NCBI GenBank assembly: GCA_022763365.1
Contig: JALEGN010000019.1
Coordinates: 1-57,037 of the forward strand
Length of the DNA: 57,037 bases
Source: Minisyncoccota bacterium
GTDB lineage: Bacteria > Patescibacteriota > Minisyncoccia > Phycocordibacterales > UBA1006
Reading direction: 5' to 3'
Positions within the stretch are counted from its first letter, which is position 1. Each line of letters starts with the position of its first letter. Of this stretch, positions 51,160 through 57,037 are shown piece by piece. The notes beneath the pieces are model-generated. The model was given only the letters and a program-made list of their open reading frames with translations. It was not told the origin of the DNA and made no database searches. The position numbers and the translations under genes were made by a program.

Positions 51160-52575
51160 TTATTTTCCACCTCTTCCTGATCCTCCACCTCGTCTAGATG
51201 ATCCACTACGGGATCTATTAGACGATGATCGAGATTGTGAACTTCGTGCTGACTTATTAGAACGTACTGTAGATCGAGCACTTGCTACACCTCCGGATCT
51301 ACCAAAACTGGCTCGACTATAAGTTGAACTTCGTTTTGTTACCGCTCCTGAAGAACCGTATTTGCGACTTGAGCCAGAACCACCATAGTAAGCGGTATTC
51401 CTATCTCTTGATCGATGAGTGTTATATCCACCATAATCATTATAGGCATAGCCACCACCGCGATAATTTGGCCCCCACATAAGGTTTGACCAGAACATAT
51501 ATTGACCGTAATAATGCCAAAAAGAATTTCCTGGATTTGAACGAGCCTGCTCTTCTGTAATAGAATTTCCATCTTTATCTTTCCAGTTACCATATTTTGG
51601 ATTACCAACCATATTCATTCCGGCTGGTGCTGGAGCTGTTGTTTTTTCAGACTGAAAATAACACAAAGGTTTAGACTCTAAATCCATCAACATGTTTTCG
51701 AGATTCTTTTCATAAACGGCTTCGTTAACGTCAACCCATTGGGTCGTTACTTCACCATTATTCACAATACTATATTGATGTTGATATTTGTTATTTTGAT
51801 AACGCATATCAATCAAAGTTTTGGTATAACTTTTTTCAAGCTCACCAACCTTTGAAATAAAAGCATTCACTCCCTGAGCTATCGTAGCTGATTGAGTTTG
51901 GGCTCCTTCAAATGCATTGGCCACAGCAACATAATTAATAACATCTCCTTCGAGTGCTGATTCAAAAGAGTCAGTGTATCGATTAAAAATGTTAGTTGCA
52001 GATTCAATATTTGTATATTGACTCTTTATGGCATCTTCTCGAAATGCACATTCACGACAAGCTTGTTTTAAGATAGCTGAGCCACGTTCATTCTGTGCCT
52101 CAACTGAATCTTTCATCCTTATCATAGACTCCTTCATCTGTGGCAATCGGTCTCTCGCTTGAACAAGTTTTTGTGCAGCATTGTATCTTTGTAATGTATT
52201 TTGCTCAATATATTGGGCAGCATTAGTTACAGCAGAACGTGCTTTGTTAAAATTACCAATTTCTTCTTTCGTCGAAGGGTTTTTTCCTTGTAAAACCGGC
52301 ACGACATATCTGACATACAAATTATTTGCATCGTCAACTTTTTTCTGTGCCGATTGAAAAGATTCTCCCGGGATATTTTCACTATACAGTTCAAGAAAAT
52401 CAGATTCTGTACCGAACAAACGCTCAGTTTTTGTCTGATTAGCTTTGAGTTTCGCCACAGCATTTGCCATGGTAGTTTCAGTCGATTGAGCTTGGCTCTT
52501 ATAATCAACGTTTTCACTGCACCCTACAAACATAAGGCATACAGTAATAAGAGTAAGAAAAAATGTATTTTTCAT
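51160..52575 (-). CDS. Lipoprotein with C-terminal DUF1190/YjfM-like aromatic segment and Arg/Ser/Gly tail
   Basis: Lipobox LMFVGCSEN. The segment SFWHYYGQYMFWSNLMWGPNYRGGGY is followed by about 90 aa of S/R/G (..SRSSSNRSRSGSSRRGGGSGRGGK). The start overlaps the upstream stop (ATGA). Confidence 0.7.
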   Translation of the reverse strand: MKNTFFLTLITVCLMFVGCSENVDYKSQAQSTETTMANAVAKLKANQTKTERLFGTESDFLELYSENIPGESFQSAQKKVDDANNLYVRYVVPVLQGKNPSTKEEIGNFNKARSAVTNAAQYIEQNTLQRYNAAQKLVQARDRLPQMKESMIRMKDSVEAQNERGSAILKQACRECAFREDAIKSQYTNIESATNIFNRYTDSFESALEGDVINYVAVANAFEGAQTQSATIAQGVNAFISKVGELEKSYTKTLIDMRYQNNKYQHQYSIVNNGEVTTQWVDVNEAVYEKNLENMLMDLESKPLCYFQSEKTTAPAPAGMNMVGNPKYGNWKDKDGNSITEEQARSNPGNSFWHYYGQYMFWSNLMWGPNYRGGGYAYNDYGGYNTHRSRDRNTAYYGGSGSSRKYGSSGAVTKRSSTYSRASFGRSGGVASARSTVRSNKSARSSQSRSSSNRSRSGSSRRGGGSGRGGK

Positions 52576-53147
52576 TGTGTAAAATTTAAAGTTTGAAATT
52601 TAGATTTTGTGAAAGCGACCATGCCTTCATTGGGGTATTCGTGCATGGTAGACACCTTACAGGTGTCACCAGTAAACTCCAACACCACTGCGGTGCGTGG
52701 AGGATAGTTCAGTTCTCCTTGAGGAAACTCGTAGAGTAAACCCATGACCTCTTTTGTATTCAGTTGAGCCATAGATGTATGCCACGCAATATATTCTTGA
52801 GATTTTTCAATCTCTTGAACAATTGGAGTGCAGGTTGTATAGACAAGTCCTGACTTTTCAGGACTTATTGAACCATGCCCCAGTTTATGAAGGGGTTGGG
52901 TCACACAACGACTGTGAGTACTGTCATCAATATCAATACAGGCAACAACCTCAGAAATTAATCCAGCAGGTGTTTCGATTGAAATATAATGACTAGCTCC
53001 AATAATCGCAGCTTCAATATCAAAGCCACAATGGTTTCGTTTTTGTGAAACTACTACTGAGAGGCTTTTAGTATCAAGGTACCCTTTGACAAAATGATGC
53101 CGAAGAGCGTGGACCGTTTGATCCAAAAAAACAAGTTGTTCTTCCAT
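52572..53147 (-). CDS. Hypothetical protein, possible S-adenosylmethionine-decarboxylase-like fold (tentative)
   Basis: 191 aa. FDIEAAIIGASHYISIETPAG aligns by eye to the pyruvoyl AdoMetDC processing region (V)(I)ISESH(L)(T)IH(T/S)(W/F)PE, with Ser and His kept but Glu replaced by Ala. Translationally coupled to the lipoprotein gene. Confidence 0.5.
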   Translation of the reverse strand: MEEQLVFLDQTVHALRHHFVKGYLDTKSLSVVVSQKRNHCGFDIEAAIIGASHYISIETPAGLISEVVACIDIDDSTHSRCVTQPLHKLGHGSISPEKSGLVYTTCTPIVQEIEKSQEYIAWHTSMAQLNTKEVMGLLYEFPQGELNYPPRTAVVLEFTGDTCKVSTMHEYPNEGMVAFTKSKFQTLNFTQ

Positions 53148-53213
53148 TCGTAGAATATTTGATTTTTAATGATTTTCTGACTTAATTTATCATATAATAA
53201 TGTTTTGTCAAAT

Positions 53214-53241
53214 AAAAAACCTGTCACTTTTGACAGGTTTT
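53214..53241 (-). terminator. Intrinsic terminator after K+ channel gene
   Basis: AAAAAACCTGTCA-CTTT-TGACAGGTTTT. Confidence 0.85.
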
Positions 53242-53257
53242 AATTAAATTATTTCTT

Positions 53258-54316
53258 TTATGACATAACCTCATCCCAAGAAATATCTGATTCTTTAACT
53301 CGCTGAGAACCAATACAAACTAAGGACATACCTCCTGACACCTCCATACCTAAATCATCTGGGTGTATATCGATATTTGTATTGTGACTGTGACACGTAC
53401 CAACACCAACAACATTAACCCCATACGAGCTTAATAAAGCTGCATGCAGTGCCGTATATGTTTTAGACCCAGCATCTTCAGGAATATTAATCCTAAAACT
53501 ACTGGCATCAGTATCTTTATTGCTCGCAAGAGCAGTAAATAACTCAGTAGCCCCTGGGTCTTGAACTGCTTGGACCAATAAAGGTAATGAGAGGCTTGTT
53601 ACAACCTCGATAGAGTCATTGATTTTTTTTACTTTTTTAACCTTTTTTTGGTTATTTAGTAAAACAACAATATGGGCGTCAGAACGAACCTCGTCTTTAC
53701 AATCCACTAAAATTTCTATAGTTTCAGCATCACTGTCTCCAAGTACGATGATGCGTGAAGCATCTTTGATACAGCCCTGCTTCCTTGCTTCGGGATCCGT
53801 TGGGTTGCCTTTGGCAAAACCAAATGTTGCGCCAAATTCATTCTTTTCAACGTGGTTCGTAACAAAAATTATTTCATCGCCGTTATTATCTGCAACGATT
53901 TCATTAATAAGGTTTCCTATGGAACTTTCTGTTCCACCAAGAATAAGAATATGATTTTCTTTTTTTAAAGTCATGAGTCCTTTTTTAAGTTTTTGTGAAT
54001 ATTCGATTACAGTATCAAGGATTTTCCCAGCCAAAGCCGCAAAAACTCCGATACCAATAAAAATGATTACGGTGGCAGTTATTTTCCCACCTAAAGAAGT
54101 TGGAGAAAAATCTCCATATCCAACCGTTGAAATAGTAACAATAAAATACCACCAATAGGTATCAGCTCTAACTAATTCAGAACCAGCAGGTTCAGCTAGA
54201 TACATAAGAAACCACGATATGAAAAATACCGCTAAAAATCCAAGGGCAAAATGCTTTAATCGTAATCGTGCAAGAAGTTGGCCACTTCTAATCAGTCGTA
54301 AGAGTTTGAATATCAT
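53258..54316 (-). CDS. Potassium channel with RCK/TrkA-N domain
   Basis: Selectivity filter TISTVGYGDFSP, two flanking TM helices, then the Rossmann-like HILILGGTESSIGNLINEI. Confidence 0.9.
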   Translation of the reverse strand: MIFKLLRLIRSGQLLARLRLKHFALGFLAVFFISWFLMYLAEPAGSELVRADTYWWYFIVTISTVGYGDFSPTSLGGKITATVIIFIGIGVFAALAGKILDTVIEYSQKLKKGLMTLKKENHILILGGTESSIGNLINEIVADNNGDEIIFVTNHVEKNEFGATFGFAKGNPTDPEARKQGCIKDASRIIVLGDSDAETIEILVDCKDEVRSDAHIVVLLNNQKKVKKVKKINDSIEVVTSLSLPLLVQAVQDPGATELFTALASNKDTDASSFRINIPEDAGSKTYTALHAALLSSYGVNVVGVGTCHSHNTNIDIHPDDLGMEVSGGMSLVCIGSQRVKESDISWDEVMS

Positions 54317-54463
54317 ATGTATTACATTTTTAATTTTTTTGAATATAACACATAATATTTTATTATCAAGCTTTTCTTATTAAGATATTGACATCGAATA
54401 ATTTTATAATAATATAAATAACGAATTCTTTAATAATTTTATAAAAATAAATACGTACACATT

Positions 54464-55510
54464 ATGGAAACAGGTAACGGCGATCAGCCAAATCAAGAAA
54501 CAAAAGTAATTGATGTTTCAAAGCAAGAAGCTCTTGTTTTGAAAGAGATGCAACAAATTGCACCAGCAAGACAAGCAACGGATTTTATCAAAAAGATAAG
54601 CAATATTCAGGATTCTGGTGAGTTTGCAAAATATACTCAAAAACATGACGAATATATGGGACAGCTTGTGGAAGCAAATGCAAAAATTCCCGACACATCT
54701 GAACCAAGTGCTTTTCAAAAAATCCTATTCTATATTCCATTTGGAATTGGTAAAAAAATAAAGGATGCCTTTGAAAAAGCTCAATTTGAACACGGTGATA
54801 CTATTAGTGCCGTAAATAAATTATTGAACAAAGTCGATGGGAATTATGCCGTGATGAAATCTGATATGGCTCCAACACGCGAGCTTATGTTAGAAATTCA
54901 AAATGAGGCAAATGTTATGGAGGGAAAGATTAGACAACTTGAAGATTTTGTCCAAAACAATGCTCTTTCTGAAGAAGCCTTAGATTTTGCAAAAAAATAT
55001 TTGCAGACTCAAAAAGGTTCAGTAGAAGAAATGAGGCACACTTTCCTACCATGGTTACAAGAGGTTCTGAATTCTTCAGAAAAATTATATCTCAACTATG
55101 TAACAGAACGGCAAGCAGTAGGCGTGTCCTTAGTTACTACGGCTAAAATACTGCAGCGTGTTGGTGTAGTACAAGGTGCCGCTGATGGTCTTTTGGTTTT
55201 ACGAGAGACTAAGAAAAAAAGTAAGCTTTTAGCTGCCAAGGCTATTGCCACAATGCGTACTAGCACAGCAGAAGTTGAATCAAAGCTCCTTCATGGACTT
55301 GATGAATTTGCTCAAATCAAGCAAATAGACGAAGAGTCTATTGCCCGAGCAAAAGAAATTAAGCTTCTTGGTGAAAAAGAACGTAATGAACTAGAGGCTC
55401 GTATGAGTGAATTTAGGCTCCAAAATAAAGGAGGTCTTAATGATAATATCAAGGTACTTGTTGATGGTGGGGAGGAGCTTATGCTCGATAATTCTAATAC
55501 TGGTTCTTAA
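54464..55510 (+). CDS. TelA-like (toxic anion resistance family-like) coiled-coil protein (tentative)
   Basis: 348-aa soluble helical protein. Size and heptad-rich organisation fit TelA/YaaN-type proteins, as does the following XpaC-like TM gene. No strict motif verified. Confidence 0.5.
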   Translation: METGNGDQPNQETKVIDVSKQEALVLKEMQQIAPARQATDFIKKISNIQDSGEFAKYTQKHDEYMGQLVEANAKIPDTSEPSAFQKILFYIPFGIGKKIKDAFEKAQFEHGDTISAVNKLLNKVDGNYAVMKSDMAPTRELMLEIQNEANVMEGKIRQLEDFVQNNALSEEALDFAKKYLQTQKGSVEEMRHTFLPWLQEVLNSSEKLYLNYVTERQAVGVSLVTTAKILQRVGVVQGAADGLLVLRETKKKSKLLAAKAIATMRTSTAEVESKLLHGLDEFAQIKQIDEESIARAKEIKLLGEKERNELEARMSEFRLQNKGGLNDNIKVLVDGGEELMLDNSNTGS

Positions 55511-55555
55511 CCAGTATTAGAATTTAAATTTGTATTAATCAAAAAAATATTTATT

Positions 55556-56170
55556 TTGAAAACACTTTTTTTAATTTCAACTGGTGTTGGCATAATAATA
55601 GGTATCCTACTGACCCTTGTGTTAGTGGGCGCCTTGTTATACTACACCAAGAGAAAAAATAATCAGAAAGAATCAGAAACGATTCCGAAAGAACAAGCTT
55701 CTTTTGAAGACGACCTGCGTGATGTACACCATCAAGAAATGGGAGCTGAATCTAAATTTTCCATACAACAAATTATGGATAAGTTAGTCAGACTAAACCT
55801 TCAGATCCGTATAGAAGGAGAATCAATCCAGCCTATAATAGGAAGTTTTGAAAAGTTATTTGATAAAATCAGAGAACTTGCTCCGACACTACACGCAGAA
55901 GAACCAGACGGTGAGATAACCTGGCAAATAGATGAAATGGTTGTTGATTTTATTCCTGGCTTACTAAAAGATTACCTTAAAGGTAACCAAGGTGAATTAG
56001 AACAACAACATGTCATATCAACTTGTGAAGAACTCTTTTTACAATTAAGCGAATTGACAAAAGAGTATGAAAGTACAGCAAACGCTGATCTTAAACGAAA
56101 TGCATCTGTTATAAAAGAAACAATGCGTATACGATCAAAAATACCTGTTGAATCAAAAACTAATGCATAA
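55556..56170 (+). CDS. N-terminal TM + helical domain protein (XpaC-like architecture, tentative)
   Basis: 204 aa with a TTG start and TM helix LFLISTGVGIIIGILLTLVLVGALLYY. Its stop overlaps the next start (TAATG). Confidence 0.6.
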   Translation: MKTLFLISTGVGIIIGILLTLVLVGALLYYTKRKNNQKESETIPKEQASFEDDLRDVHHQEMGAESKFSIQQIMDKLVRLNLQIRIEGESIQPIIGSFEKLFDKIRELAPTLHAEEPDGEITWQIDEMVVDFIPGLLKDYLKGNQGELEQQHVISTCEELFLQLSELTKEYESTANADLKRNASVIKETMRIRSKIPVESKTNA

Positions 56171-56808
56171 TGAAAGATCAATTAAATTCTACAGAGTACA
56201 AGCATTATAACGAATTATTTGATTTAATTCGTTCTATTGAACCTCATTCAGTCATTTCACCTGGCAAACGTCATACATACGAAATGACTGACATAACAAA
56301 TGGAAGTGTTTTAAAATATGGTGAAGATGAGATTTTTCTTGTCGTAAACCATGCTCAGTACGAAGAAAAAACAAAGAAAGGTTTATGGACATGGGATGAA
56401 TTCAGTTTTCAATCATTGATAACTGGAGACATTTATTTTGTTGAGGTAGAAGAAGATGATTTTATTGAAGTCCATAAAACTATCGAAAAAATAAGATTTT
56501 CTGACTTTGAGCCGGCGCTGAGAATACCTTATGTTAAGGGTATTGTTAAAGATGAAGGTTCAATTTCACACGACGGTATTGAGTATGTCTATGATGATGA
56601 CTATCGGGCGACATACAAAAATAACGGAGAAGAATCTGAAGTCAAGTGTTATGAATTTCGTGGTGTTAGAGATGGCAAAGATATCTACCTCACCATAGAA
56701 AACTGGAGTCCGGATGAAAAAGATCCGGCAGGGAGTCATATTGAAGTAACACTTTCAATCCCTGAGGACCCTACAGATTATGAAATGATTGCACAAGCTA
56801 AAAATTAA
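56170..56808 (+). CDS. DUF4178-like protein (tentative)
   Basis: 212 aa. G.VLKYGEDEIFLVVNHAQYEE....GLWTWDEFSF......IYFVEVEEDDFIEVH resembles the DUF4178 pattern. Last gene of the operon, followed by a terminator. Confidence 0.55.
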   Translation: MKDQLNSTEYKHYNELFDLIRSIEPHSVISPGKRHTYEMTDITNGSVLKYGEDEIFLVVNHAQYEEKTKKGLWTWDEFSFQSLITGDIYFVEVEEDDFIEVHKTIEKIRFSDFEPALRIPYVKGIVKDEGSISHDGIEYVYDDDYRATYKNNGEESEVKCYEFRGVRDGKDIYLTIENWSPDEKDPAGSHIEVTLSIPEDPTDYEMIAQAKN

Positions 56809-56813
56809 ATATT

Positions 56814-56838
56814 AAAACCCCAGAAATTGGGGTTTTTT
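56814..56838 (+). terminator. Intrinsic terminator after TelA-like operon
   Basis: AAAACCCCA-GAAAT-TGGGGTTTTTT. Confidence 0.85.
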
Positions 56839-56886
56839 AATTCCAGAATATAATCCAATTGAGTAATTTTTGAAAAATATTTTCAA

Positions 56887-56978
<92 letters not shown>

Positions 56979-57037
56979 GGTTGATTATCAACTGGTTTTA
57001 CTTTGGTATCAAGTTACAAAGAACCATCAACTCCTTA

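Overview
AT-rich (roughly one-third GC by eye) bacterial chromosomal segment read with the standard code. I support about 55 real CDS and 2 tRNAs, and see no rRNA, CRISPR array, transposase or prophage. Scattered housekeeping genes (nusA, rsmA, pcrA/uvrD, comM/yifB, rpsO, xerC/D-type recombinase, xth, cca, nadK, speE-like) are interleaved with very large secreted or membrane proteins (1017, 645, 1292 and 1234 aa) and many small membrane proteins. Starts mostly lack a Shine-Dalgarno sequence, neither tRNA encodes CCA, and nearly every transcription unit ends in an A-tract/hairpin/T-tract terminator. By inference this style fits a reduced-genome Patescibacteria/CPR-like organism. Main points: (1) 48.5-56.8 kb holds a polyamine-linked envelope-stress neighbourhood: TM-fused spermidine synthase, 4xDUF350 protein, DUF1190-like lipoprotein, AdoMetDC-like protein, K+ channel, and a divergent TelA-like/XpaC-like/DUF4178-like operon. 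(2) An operon of paralogous Cys-rich secreted proteins with thrombospondin-type-1-like modules lies downstream of nusA. (3) The only long non-coding stretch is tRNA-flanked and carries a phased array of the dyad GTT(T/A)CA-NN-TGAAAC, which extends into the yraN-like CDS. (4) A conserved extended -10 element (TGGTATACT) sits 6-8 nt upstream of many start codons. This implies widespread leaderless mRNAs and corrects several ORF-track starts. (5) Near-identical CACC-N4-GGTG terminators recur five times. (6) A (GGTTCT)14 microsatellite lies at the window end. Functional calls rest on motifs I recognise in the translations. No database search was run.
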